Origin: Trichoplax adhaerens | Taxonomy: Eukaryota > Animalia > Placozoa | NCBI RefSeq assembly: GCF_000150275.1 | Contig: NW_002060943.1 | Span: 5,104,008-5,168,007 of the forward strand | Length of the DNA: 64,000 nt | Direction of reading: 5' to 3' | Shown: positions 41,002-54,566 of the stretch, piece by piece | Layout of the letters: each line of letters opens with the position of its first letter | Position numbering within the stretch: position 1 is the first letter of the stretch | Notes under the pieces: model-generated | Seen by the model: only the letters and a program-made list of their open reading frames with translations | What the model was told of the DNA's origin: nothing | Database searches by the model: none | Made by a program: the position numbers and the translations under genes

Positions 41002-41800
41002 TACTGTAGACCATGGTACTGCCCAAGTGTGGTACTGTACGTTACACTAAGCTAACTAGTAGTGTATACTATACAGTTGTACGTGTAGTCTTCTCAGGGT
41101 ATGTTACTGTATATGGTAGTATTAGGGACGATTCTAATTGGAGATTTTTTTATATTGGAGTTTGAATTTTACTTATTTTATATTCGTAGATAACCATAAA
41201 TTAATTAATTACTGTACTAACTAATATATGCGTACACCTGCATCTCACAGCCTGCTCAATACAACAGTCCATGAGTGCTCTAAATGATGATGACGAGTAA
41301 TGATGGGTGTCAATACTGCAATGTTACATAATTTGGTCAGCAAAATAGATGTCGCTTGGATGTGACTTTGAAAGTAAAACCTATTATAGGAAAATGAATT
41401 GCCCTCAGTGACATCCACTTTGGATACTAGCCTGAACTCAACAATCCTAGTAACCCAAAATGCGACCGTGGCGTGACAAAGAAGCAATGTAGACTACTGT
41501 AGGTCATGGACTTTTATTTCTAGATGTCCATGCTTAGTTACAGGTACTACTGAGGGTGTCTATAGCGATACGCTATCCCTTATTATGGTGTACTTTGCTT
41601 TGGAACTTGTACAGAAAGATGAATGCGAGGCCTAAAAAATGGCAGGCCTCCCCCCCCCTTACCCATGGTAAAAGAGAGGGTGGGCCCCTGGAAGGTTTGT
41701 TTCCCTCTTTGCAAGTCCCTATTTAGGGGTACAGTACGGTACAGTACATTCTCATTACAGTACAATGCATACTGTAGCGTAGTGCACTGTACACTGTAGA
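41002..41800. promoter_or_regulatory. Divergent WDR43/SAE1 promoter interval with an ACAGT cluster at each end (41002-41112 and 41729-41800)
   Basis: Head-to-head ATGs at 40799 (-) and 41900 (+); YY1-like AAGATGGCGG over the WDR43 ATG. Confidence 0.6.
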
Positions 41801-41899
41801 GTAAACCACCAGCAAGCTCATCATCACTAGGCCCAGCTTAGAGCTGGATTGAACTTCCCTGGAAACTGATCGCTATTGGCAACTGCAAGCTGAGAAAAC

Positions 41900-44800
41900 A
41901 TGGCTCTAACCGAAGACGAAGCCGCTGTTTACGATAGGCAGATTCGTTTATGGGGTGTAGAAGCTCAGAAACGGTTCATATTCTCTATTGACTACATTTG
42001 ATCATCAGTAAATGACTCGCAATTGATGTATTTTCTATACTTGATTGGTATGACAACATGACGTCGCATTTTCATCTTGCAAATGGATCCCCTAGGCTAC
42101 CGTTGGGTTGATATACGACATCGATATAGTTTCTTATTATATCTGCAGTAGTGGTTGTACTTTAGAGTAATCAGTGGATAGTCTTGAAGATAGTTGATTT
42201 TGATTCCTTGATTCTACCTAAAGTGTGCACTACAGTCTTGTTGACGTCCAATGATACTTTTTACTCCTTTTACTTTGGTGGATTGACATCTGATTGAAGC
42301 AGCTTAGAAAAATCATCATCATCATCGTACGCTAATTTGTATGCTGTTGAATACGATACACTACTTTCGGTTGGAGTGTGCTAAAGAAAGAGTACGGGCA
42401 ATCAATGCCTGATTGAAAGAGCCTATAAATGGTTATACTTTGTTGCGCCAGGGATACTGGTACAGTACTGTAATTGGCTCAAAGTTAGTCTAGGAAGAGA
42501 TGTAAAGACTTGATAAAGTAAATCCTGTAGTGTGTAATTCTTGACCTTCTTGAAGATAGGGTAACGATCATTCGTACTGGACTTTGTGGAAGAATGATTG
42601 ATTACCTTGTCGCAATAGCAAGTTTTACAAGTCATAACGTCGAAATACTACTCTACTAGTATAATGGCATTTAGAACATCCATAATTTTCATTACCATCA
42701 ATTCCAACAGAAAACTAGCGATACCCCCTATGCAATAAAACAACAATGGAGTGAGAATATGCAATATTTATCTTGATTGCGTTTCTCTACAACCATTTAT
42801 AGCCACTACTTACAACTCTTCGTGATCTTATATACGTGCACTGAGCCAGTGAGCTAGCAGCCTTGTATCCAAGCTTTCGTTTGTAGGAGTATCTCAACCT
42901 CCAATAATCTAGAGTTAAATCTTGTACTTAAATTACAGTCAGACAAAACATTGGCATTGAATCGAAGTAATCATAATATAACTGTATTGTAGACTACAAC
43001 GTAATACGTCTTTTTTGATACTAGATTGTGCGGTAGCGATGATATTGATGTGTATTCCTCTTTGGGTACAAGCTACTATAGCATGTTGCATTCCAAGCCA
43101 TCGCAAATACTTATAATAGATTATTATGTTTTTAACTTATAGATTGCGAGATGCTAAAATGCTTCTAGTTGGCCTAGACGGATTAGGAGCTGAAGTTTGT
43201 AAAAATGTTGTTTTGACCGGTATTAAGTCATTAACACTTTTAGACGATCAATGTAGTTGTGAGGACGATCGAATGGTACAGTTTTTGATACCCCCAGACT
43301 GTATAGGCCAAAATGTAAGTACTGGATTAGCGTTACTACACTTTTGATTAACCCCCATAAGTACCTGGAATATAAAATGTATGCACTTGATATTGTGCAA
43401 ATACCAACAATTTCTCTTCATCATAGTACTTTAAAAAAATAATCTTTGCATTTAGAGAGCTATAGCCTCATTACAACGTGCAAAAGAATTGAATCCATTA
43501 GTAGAAATTTCTGCTTGTACCGACAACGTCGATACCTTGCCTGATAGTTATTTTCAGCAATTTGACCTGGTCTGTATGTGCGGCTATACCAAAAACACAA
43601 TGGTAAAATATCTTCGTATAAGCCTTTTATACCGTAGCTATTACAATCTTTAGTGTAAGGGTCAATTAGGGTTAGAGTAGCTAAAATAAATAACATAAAA
43701 ACGCAAATTTTATATGTTCATTATCCTATTAAGTATGCTTCGGATATATAAAGATATTAGGGTTCTTCTACTTACCTAGAAATGTTGCTTACTTATCAAA
43801 TTTATGTATAGTTTAGGATTGGTAGTATTTGTCATCAAAGAAACATAAAGCTTTATTGTGGTAACGTTTACGGTTTCTGCGGCTTCTTCTTCGCGGACCT
43901 TGTTCATCATTCTTTTACCGAGTAGGTTGTCTTGTGATAATGTATATAGATTAACGTAAAACTCATGTTGAGATTGGGACGGAATTGGACGTGGCTATGA
44001 AATTTACAACATCACAATTAGCAAGGATAAAATACACTTATGATTATCTACTTATTTATCAATATTTTCATGGACCATAGAGAAATTAATCAACCGGTAA
44101 AAAAGACTGAAGCTAATCCCGCGGTACCTTCAAAAACCGTAAAAACCGAAGTGATTGTTAGGCAAAATGTTAGTGGCAAGTAGATTATTTCTATATGCAC
44201 GGATCAATCGCTATCGTTTAATAAATGAAATGTTTTTAAATAGGATGTTGACTATGTTGAGATAAAGAAGGCATTACAAGTGGATTATAAACTATTTCGT
44301 CCAACCAGATTGCGTAGAACTTCTAAAGTGTTCTTTCTAATGAAAGGTACAATATATAATTAAATTTAAAGGCTGTAGAACTATTTTTAGATGACTTGGG
44401 TAAGTTTAAAATGTCAGTTACATGGCAATAATTGTATTGGCACAGTTATAGATGAATTTTATCAACGAAACAAGAGCTCTTCTACAGATAGCCTTGCCGA
44501 CGTTGATAACTTGAAGCATGTTCGAGATGAACTGTTTGGAGACGACAGCGAAAAATTGTTGCCATTGTCCTATTTACAGTACGTAATTCTCACTGATCCT
44601 TATAGTTAGGAATGATGAGATAATATTGACACTCACACATTTTATTACGTGATCCTTGTTTTATGTATTCATTAGAAATTGCCAAGGTAAGCTTAATCCC
44701 ATATGTGCTATTGTTGGCGGAATCCTAGCCCAAGACGTTATTAAGGTAGATTTCGATTCATTTATTGTTGCTGTGGATTGTTCGAAGCAATAGTTGGTTA

Positions 44801-44923
44801 AGTTATTGTGCATTGTACTCCCATATCATTTAGGCACTATCAGCTAGAGAAGCACCTGTTAATAATTTTTTCTTTTACGATGGAAATAAAAGTGAAGGCG
44901 TTGTAGATAAACTGTGCTTGTAA
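41900..44923 (+). CDS. SAE1: SUMO-activating enzyme subunit 1 (Aos1), multi-exon
   Basis: MALTEDEAAVYDRQIRLWGVEAQKRLRDAKMLLVGLDGLGAEVCKNVVLTGIKSLTLLD; LQRAKELNPLV; PICAIVGGILAQDVIKALSAREAPVNNFFFYDG; stop TAA at 44921-44923. Confidence 0.95.
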
Positions 44924-46112
44924 GGCAGTTCTTGTGTATTAAACCGAACAATCTCAATGGTTATCTATTACAATTATTATTGTTTTATATTTTATGTCCT
45001 TTATGGTATATATCCCAAAAATTCGTTTCGATATCTCTAATAAAAATTTTTCTTATTTATAAATATTTCATATGCAAAAATATTAATTAGTTTCTTTCAA
45101 GTTGCAAACGGGATGTGCCGTGTAACTATGGTACTGCGATCCGCAGGTATTGTACCATAGGTAATGATTAAGCATGTGCGCTCGAATATTGCAAACGTTG
45201 TGTACTTGAAACTCTAAAAACTCCTTAGTAGATGGAGTGAGAATGACTGCTCACATTCTTAATTACTGTAAGACTGTCTTTCGAATTGACTGCTTGCATG
45301 CAGTTGAATAGAATCAGAATTGCTTTTCTGTACTTATAAATTAATAGTTATGTAAGTTGCAAAGAGTTTATACCATTGCACGATTGATCCGAGAAAGTGT
45401 CGTATTGTAGATAAAACTAATACATAATGGTATCAATTAGTTTCTTCTAGGGTAATTATTTACGAAGACAATAAAAAATGGCATTCATTATAGTACTGTA
45501 CATCTATATTATAAGCTTTAATCTATAACTTACTTGGATAGGCGTTTTTAATTAAAAGTTTCACAATTGCTTATAATTTAGTACAGCTACCTATCCTTAT
45601 ACTACTGTAAGTTCACGGCAGATTTACCACAGTACAGTATTTATCGTGTAAACGATAGGTATATAATTACATCGTTAAACTATAACACAATAAATCCTCT
45701 ATAGTACAACAAGTATATGGCAATGTCTAGTTTCTGAAAATTTTATTTAAATCCAATTTAGGAATCACACCATGTATTTCATCTCATGAATCAATAATTT
45801 AAAATTTAATTTCATTTAAATCCATTTAATCTAATTATCATACGCTTACATTTGATGTATTCTGCAGTATTATACAATTCGATCAGTAATTACGTACAAT
45901 CATACTTGAAAATACTTTATCAGCACAGAAAATCAAGCAAAATTGAAGCACAACAATCACCAACAGATAATTATTTGGAAATAAAAGTTAAAAAACCATT
46001 AATTGTAATACTTGTGCTTCTTCTGAGTAAATGTCAGTGCTAATCGATAGTCATAAAAATTTAGTATTAGGAAAATAAAGTATTCTATGTTAAAAGGTGC
46101 TCTTAAGAAAAG

Positions 46113-48258
46113 TCACGTCCAAGGATAGAAATTACTGTGTACTACTGTCCCGATGATGGAATATGTAAGAAAATAAATTACTGCAAGTCTTCCTGTAAAG
46201 TCTAACTTGTTTGATAAGTAAATCCTACGAATACTTTCAAAATTATCCCAATTCTTAAGCCAATCAGCATAGTTCATCTCTAGGTTAATGGATCATATAT
46301 AATGCAATCAACTTATTTTATTACAAAATAAAAAATGACAAAAGCAGCTAATCATTATCGCGCGTTACCTGAAGGATCTTTCGATCGATGTTTAATTCCT
46401 TGAATAATACTATATGCAGTAAACCAATATATCACAGGCGATGATGATGCAATCAGCCTTGTAATTACCTGAAATGTTGAATACTTTGAAAATAAGCTAC
46501 ATTTCATTTACTATAATCACAGTATTCTTAGTATTGCAATTGAAATATACCTGTACGTGCATACTAGTAAGGCCAAAAATCGTTAAAAATAGTACATGGA
46601 TTATGTAGACAAACATGGCAGGATTACCGAAGGTAATTGGCAACTGGCTAGAAGCTCTAAATTAAACCATATCGGAAAAGGGACGATTAAAAACTTTATT
46701 ATTCTGTGAAAGCTGTAACCCATGAAAGTGCTGCAAACATTTCGACATACATAGAAACATACCTAGTTTGATGGAAACTACCGAGAAAGGATGCATATAA
46801 GGAATTCCAACAATGGAGATATTTTCGAATAGCAAATATACATAACGTTACCATTGGGGCTGCTAAAATAAAATTAGGTATTTGTTTGAGCTGATAATAA
46901 CGAAGGAAACCGACATTCCAATATTTCCTCTGCACTTCCCAATAAGGTATCGACAAATCTTTATTACACCAAGGCAATGGCTCAACTTGATGACTACTAT
47001 TGCAGAATTTTCTCATACCGTAAGATTGAAACATGTAAAACGGCGATAATATAGCGATAGCGAAAGGAAGTAATAATACTATCGTTTGACAAGCGTAGTA
47101 GATAATTTCAAACAAGAATAGTCTGCCACTACTGGCTGTTTTTAGTCGATAAAGTAGTAATGTATATCCAACAAATCCAATGAGGACCATTCCATTGGAA
47201 CGTACAGCTACAGCAAGTGTAAAAGCCAATGTACCGAGTAAATAGCCAGTTAAATTCGTTGGATATTGCCAACATAGCATTCCCCCGAAACTACAGCAAG
47301 CATACAACGACTCCGTATAAAGAGATGACATGAAAATACTGGCAGGGTTAATGCAGTACATGGTGACACTTACGATCGCTAGAATTTGATTTTGCAATAC
47401 TTTATAACTTAACTTGTATAGGAGAATGGCAGATATAGCAAAAGCTGAGATATTAAATGTCGTTCCTATCAATAAAATCCTGGTATAGGTATGGACTAAA
47501 TTTCCTAAAATAGGGGATATTGCCCATAAATCGAACTGGCGCAATAGCCATGGTAAGAGAGGTTGAAAAGCTAACAGACGAGGATGGTTATAGCCATGAG
47601 CAGCAATATGGGTATAATGAACAGCATCCCATTTCTGAAAGCCATCCAGTAAGAATAATAATGTGGCATCTATCCAGCTCGATGATAGACTTGCATTTTT
47701 CTCTAAGTGGGTAGCATCAGCAAGATGATCAGGAATGCAATTGTTGGCTAGGCACTAAATGGTGACCAAGATAAACACAATAGTTGTGAGAAAAATGCAA
47801 CTTTGAATGCCTTGAAGCTAAATATTGAGCTACTCAGCAACTTGTTAATACAGTCCTATCAGCAGCATGTACTATATGTGCTAGTTGTAAACCAGTGAAC
47901 AAAATGGAGCAGCTACGATAGTCCTGCCGATCTGCTTGTCATTTCTTAACTTCCATAAATGCATGGATAACATTGAACACTCACCAACAATCAAAATACG
48001 TCATGCAGGTGTGTTAGAATGTTTTTTTTATCATACAACAGCAAATAGAGACGGAAAAGTTTGTAACGTACTCTCTATCGTAGCATCATCAGCCTTACAG
48101 GATGGACATGAATTCATTCTACTCTACAAGGATACAACTAGATGTAGCACTTTCTAAAATTATTCTATACTTGCATTAGCTACACATATACATACCTGTA
48201 AAAGTAGGATGGAAATTCTACATTTAACTGCAAATAGAGCAATTCTGCTCGTCTGCAT
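46113..48258 (-). CDS. PIGV: GPI mannosyltransferase 2
   Basis: WDAVHYTHIAAHGY..AFQPLLP, NPASIFMSSLYTES, VRSNG, YWNVGFLRYYQLKQIPNFILAAP, HVQVITRLIASSSPVIYW, C-terminal NFYPWT*. The ATG at 48258 has an in-frame stop upstream. Confidence 0.93.
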
Positions 48259-49219
48259 TGCTGACAATAGCCAAAGATGATTGCACACTTGCAGGGCGTG
48301 TTACAAGCAAATTAACTAGACGATGACTTTCATAGTCAAAATGGATTGGAATGTATCCCAAGCTGAAAATGAGTGTGCAAGAATGGGTTGATCTTTTTTT
48401 TCTGCTTCTTGATGTACTGCAGCTGGACAGCCTGGACTGTTGGTAGCATGGACCTCAATGTTGACAATTACGCTAGCTCTCCGTTACCCTACAGTATATT
48501 GACTTCGAACTCTGAAACAGGGACACACGCTTCGTACTGACTGTGGCTGCTGTCTCAGTAGGCATGCCAAAATATCATTTTACCAAGTTGCTGAGATGGA
48601 TTATATAATCTAATAACAATCTCTTCATTCTATGTTTGTCTGGCTCTGACATAGTTGAATAATAATATCATTCGCGATGCTTGTATGTCTTGCAAATACG
48701 ATTACGCATTCAATAAAACGATGCCCAATCATGGACTACCAGTGATGAATATTCAGTAGTCTATGCTTCAATGTTATGCTCTATTTTGCCGTTAAAATCG
48801 CTATGTGCTAATCACAACGTTGTATAGTGCATATCGATCATACTGCCATGCTGTAGAATGGAGACTGTTCCATCTTACTATAAGATTTAGTCATAGAAGT
48901 AAAAGGAAAAGTTGTTTCCAATAACCTCCATGGATTTAGTCGTCCATGACACTGGACAGCATACTGTGCGAGGAGTACTTACCGTTACCTAGATACCATC
49001 TACTGGAATCTAACGTGAGTAAAAATATTAGAAGACGATCTTGGATGGACAGACAGTCTCGACCTCATCTCGTTAAAATAGTGTGCCCAATACTTGAGGA
49101 TAATAACAGTAACTGATTTTTTTTCCTCAATGAAGTCAATAGAATATTGAATCTTATAATCTATTACAAAAGTTTTACTTGGAAACAGTTGTATAACATC
49201 GTCAAGATGAGTTTAGACT

Positions 49220-49444
49220 AAGTCGCCATTTTTCCACATCCACGGCCTCATTGGGTAAGAAATGTCCGTCCGTCTACAGTACAGTACAGTATAGTACTGT
49301 AGTATACTGTACTGTAGACTGTCGCCAACAACCTCCCTCCATTTCCCCTATCCGTTATTTCTGCCTTCGTCGGCCATTTGGTTCTTTGCCCTACCAACTT
49401 TAACTCTATTTTCACCATTGATTGCAATACTGAAAAGTGATGGA
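49220..49444. promoter_or_regulatory. Compact bidirectional promoter PIGV/MGAT4-like with a central ACAGT palindromic cluster and YY1-like motifs
   Basis: ctacagtacagtacagtatagtactgtagtatactgtactgtag (49274-49317), flanked by CGCCATTTT (~49224) and GGCCATTTG (~49372). Confidence 0.6.
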
Positions 49445-52400
49445 ATGAAGAATTCAACACTAGCTACCTTTCTTAACAACAATCTCTTATTCTTGGCAAC
49501 GCTAATACTTCTGTTATTTATCAATCTATGGCTCATTAACTTCAGTAAGTATGTTTGACTGTTGTAGTTGTCAATCGGATGGTAGAGAGGAAATAGAAAC
49601 CGATAGGACTACTCGCTATCCGTTTATTCTATCCGTAATGTTATTGCTCTAGCTTACAGAAGGATCCAAAATGTGTTTTATATCGATATATAGCCTTGAT
49701 TATACATACTAGTTGTGGCGTAGCTAGCAATACAATCACACTCTATCCACATCATCTACTATTACTGTAGCGATAGGGTATACGTAAACCACAAATTCCA
49801 TAACAACGGACATCCATTGACCCAAGGAAATCATGCAATGCAGTAGTAAAATGAATTCTGTCTTTTTCTACAGTAATACAATTCTGCTATCTGACTGGGT
49901 CAAGGATGAGTAACTGCTATTATCGCGTAACGATATACCAATAAAGGACTACTACTATTCTCATATATACTGTACATACAGTAGAGATAGAAGTATTCTT
50001 CTAGTCTTGATGAAACTGCAAAAACATATAGACAATGACGCACCTGATATTCGTAATGATTAGAACTGTAATAACGAAATTATTCAGGATTATCATGATT
50101 GATATCTTACCCAATGTTCAATAAAAACCTAGCAGCGGAATGACATCTGCTTACACAAATAGCGACGTAGCTACCTTTTCCGTGAAAGTATGGCGTTCTA
50201 TTGCAAATGTGAATTAATCTACACACGTTCATCACTCTAATTATCGTAAGAGAAGTAATAATAGACTAAGATGACTTCTATGTCAATATCTACATCCTGA
50301 AACCTCCATGGTGATCGTTAAATCAAAATAATGTTTTGGATTCTATTTCTAATGTGACATTTTTTAAATTTGCTAATTGCAGGATTTACCTCTTCCACTA
50401 TAAAATCATCGAACGATTGTAGCGAAGAAAACAAATTATTGCTTAATGCAGTCAAGCTGTTAAAAGAACGAGATGACGTCTTACCCATTGTTGAAAATTT
50501 TACAAGATTATCGTATAAAACCCCAACACCATGCAAAAGAAATTATAATCGCGGGTTCTGTCCGGAAATCGTTCGATTTGATCATGAAAAAGCATTAATA
50601 GCCGGCAAGAGGAGAAAAAAGAAAGGTATTATCTAACGACATTCTTTATGTGCACAGTCATAAACTGCATTGTTAGTACTATGGAGTCTAATTTATTGCT
50701 GTATAGTCGTAGGATAATCTCACAATTTCAGCTTCATACAGTAAGCTGATGTTGTATTTATTGGTATAAACTCTATCGGTTAAAGCAATGGCATAGTAAC
50801 ATATTGCATAAAGCTGTTTGTTTCACTAATACGTGTCCTTATTAAGAAAGCAATACAATTTGTACCAATAATCATTATACTTCTTTCTCTCTAATAACTT
50901 ATTGCTGATATTTAAAATATACTGTAGACGTAGTAGTACTATGAACGACTCTATACTACTAAAATAGGTCATAAAACTAGTAATGAAATCATAATACTCT
51001 CCTTTTCTTATACTAATTCTTTATGCAGCTTTCCTGGCTGTTGGCATACCCACGGTGTTGCGCTTGGATGCTTTAGCCTATTACATCTCGAATACGCTAT
51101 TAACCCTTATCAATGAATTAGACGAATCAAGCTTAAAAGAAATCGTATTTATTGTATTATTGGCTGACGCACCCAAGTCAAACAGAACTTATGTCCTCAA
51201 AGATATAAGTTCACATCATTATGCAAGAATGGCGAGTGGACTTATTCAAGTAAGATAGATTGAAGTAAAAGCCTATAGTGGTCTAAGTTCTATCAATCTA
51301 ATTGAGAGTATTGTGCATAATGACTTTTGTTGTTATTTTCTTTTCCTTACTTATCATATGAAAGACTGTACACAGCTCATTACCGTTAAAATTTTACTAA
51401 TATTACTACAATAAGTGGTAGTGCTGATAAAAATTAAAGTAACAAACTATATGCGTTGAAATACGTCCAGTAAAGTAGCTATAAGAACTCGAGAATACAA
51501 TACATTATTTAATCTTCATTTTTTGGTCAAGTCAGGTACAGCATATCATGAATATGTTGAGAGAACGATAATTAAATTAATTGAAAAATTGGATGCAAAT
51601 TTTTACTTTTAGATTATTGAAATACCGAAAAACTTTTATCCGCCTCTGAATAACCCAACATTAAGATATGGCGATAAATACTTTGTTAATGCTAAATGGC
51701 GAACTAAACAAGCAATCGATTATTCATTCCTCTTTCTGTATAGTATGGATCAAGCTCAATATTATATTCAATTAGAAGATGACATCTCAGCGGCTCCTCA
51801 ATATTTAGGTTAGAATTTCTTACATTCGATTAACCCTGAAATTGGATAGAGGGCAGTTGTCTGTCATTGTTATGACTGGCTAAATTAATTGATACAATGT
51901 TACAAACGTGTCTTTAGTACGATTCTTATTTAATCATAAACTGTAGTAAGCGAATACTAAGACTAGCTTTTCTCATTCACAAATAGCTTCTATAAAGGAT
52001 TTCATTAAAAAGCAAACGCAACCATGGATATCTTTAGCGTACTCACGGATGGATATCGTTGGAACTTTATACAAAACTTCATCGTTACTACGATTAGCTC
52101 AATTTGTGATGTTTTTTTATGATGTTCAGCCCGTATCGAAACTATATCGCTTCTTTAATGCTATCCATTTTCAGCGGCATTCCCTGCCAAAGCTACCATC
52201 ATTATTTCAACATGTAGGAGAGAAAACATCAAAGCTAGGATTCTTTCAAAAATTGACTGTCGATAGAGATTTCGAAATCGTTAAGCGAAAATATAAAGGC
52301 GATAACCCTCAAGCCGTTATTCAAACATCGATGAAAACAATCGACGGATACGATGCCGGAATGGCGTACAGCATAATACCGGGATATTGTTGGATGAAAG

Positions 52401-52732
52401 AAGTTCGAATCGATGATACCTATATGATTATATTTAATCAATCGCACTTTCTAAGTCGTATAGCATTAGAAACTGCAACAGCGGAGCACAGTGATGATTT
52501 CTTGCGCGGTGGTGTCATTGAAGTTAGCCCAGAAAATAAAGATGCGGCTGCTAAAAAAAAGCCATTATGTTCAAATTATATTAATTTGGGTGAAACGGAT
52601 TATGGTCGCATAGATATACAAGGCGTAGATAAGGTTGCCAAATTTAAAATTAAGTGTTTACGTATCAGGATAACAGAGCATCAAACTTCTTGGTTACTTA
52701 TTCGAGAGATTGCAGTTTGGACGTCAAAATAA
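49445..52732 (+). CDS. MGAT4 (GnT-IV, GT54) family N-acetylglucosaminyltransferase, MGAT4C-like; type II membrane protein
   Basis: Exon 1 signal-anchor (49445-49544|gtaag); FLAVGIPTV..YYISNTL..IVLLAD; KWRTKQAIDYSFLF..YYIQLEDD; PSLFQHVG; C-terminal lectin-like domain ending WLLIREIAVW. Confidence 0.88.
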
Positions 52733-54566
52733 ATAAGTTCACGAATATTTAAGATGCTATTGCGCCTTATGAAAATCTGGATTCCGTTCTACACCTATCG
52801 CATCTGTTTTGATATCTTTGTAATATGATTAATGCCTGTACATTTTATTATACAGTGAATATGCACAAATACATCTTTATCATTTGTTCTTGTAAACAAT
52901 GTGTGTGCAACACGTAGCTCAATTAATAGCTTAAAAAATGACCTAATGATTCGTTTTGACAACTTATACAGGATGATATGTACGCTTACTGTGTAGCTAT
53001 CACTTCAACGATATAGACTTGTAGTATTTAATACTGTAGTAAATATTCACTTTTGAATATTACTTTACCTTCGTAGCAGTATGCAACAGATAACTAGCTA
53101 TCGGAATTTTACTCTTGTATTGTGATCTCTATGGATAATTTTTTTACGAAACGCTCGCTTGTTTATCCAAATTAACAAAGGAATATAACGGTATACGAAT
53201 ACAAGTATATCTTGATATTGTGGCTCGTATATTTTAATTCGATTTTAATGAAAATACATGTGACGAGGTGAAATCAATACTGTAAAATTCCTAAATTGTA
53301 TCTACTAAGTCTATAAATATTTATTAACTACCGTCAAAGTGGCAGATAATAGTATAGTACAGTATTATAAGGATGCTTGTAAGTAAGGCTGATTTTCTCG
53401 CTTGGATTAAATTCATTATTTGTTTTTAATACATAGCACGTACGAATAACGATATCATTACTAGACAAAATGATGTATTATAGTTAATAAATGAGCATCT
53501 TTATATACCTTTATGGTATTCTTTTATGCTTTCATTGGTTTGATGAAAAATTATTTATTTCAGAGAGAAATTAGACTATTGCAATGGAATGGAAGAGTTA
53601 TTTCACTGGTGGAGGTTTTACTTTCGTTGTAGTATATACTGCTGTACAGTACATAATGATACAGCATTTATAAACACGGGTTTTTGCACCGTTATAATAT
53701 ATTCGCTGTCTTCCACTGCACGCGCAAAAACCATCACATTAGATAGTACTTGTTATGATACAGTAGTCAATATTTAACTTAATATTAAGTCCAACAATAA
53801 TTATAATCGTGATATAACGCAAGGTGCAAAGCTGTAAGCTATAGTTAAATTGAAAGTACCAAGATCGCGTTACATGAGCAAGAGTCAATTTTCGTTGATC
53901 TTACTTGTACTTTCATTCATTTTTGGAATGTTGATGTGTCTAGCTACAAAACATACACGCGTATATCTACGATAATCGTCATCGTGATCAAGTAGAACAT
54001 GACGTTTCCGTAGAAACACACATGGATCTACTGCATATTATCAGCTTACAATGTATCACTGTTTGTATGTATCTATCAGTAGATATAGTAAAATCATTGA
54101 ATAATCAAGTAACAGGATCGAAATTGATTCAAAAAGATACAAAGACTTTGCAAAGCCATCTGCTGCCTATCTTTCAAGTGCAGGTTTATAACTGCCACAC
54201 CCAACAAGCAGATGCAGAGTTGTACAGCATAGTATATTAACTAACGCTGTAGCTTGGATTGCAAGAGTTACTAGGGTAAAATTAATCATCTTATAGCAGT
54301 AGACTGTTAACCAGTTCATCCATAGCAGATCTGGTAGATTTTAGCAGAGCTAGAGTCTAAAATAGCTTTCTCCATGGCCGGCTGACGGCATTATTCAAGT
54401 ACATTATTATACACTAATACAGTATACAATTCGTAGCGCTACTCGACACAGTACATAGCATTTATACCACAAGTTTGGAGAACAAATAAAAGCCTACAAG
54501 ACGTCCAGCCGTCTTGACATCCTAGAGCGATTTTACTAGTTGATCTAGGCAAGCAACAGAATCAAC

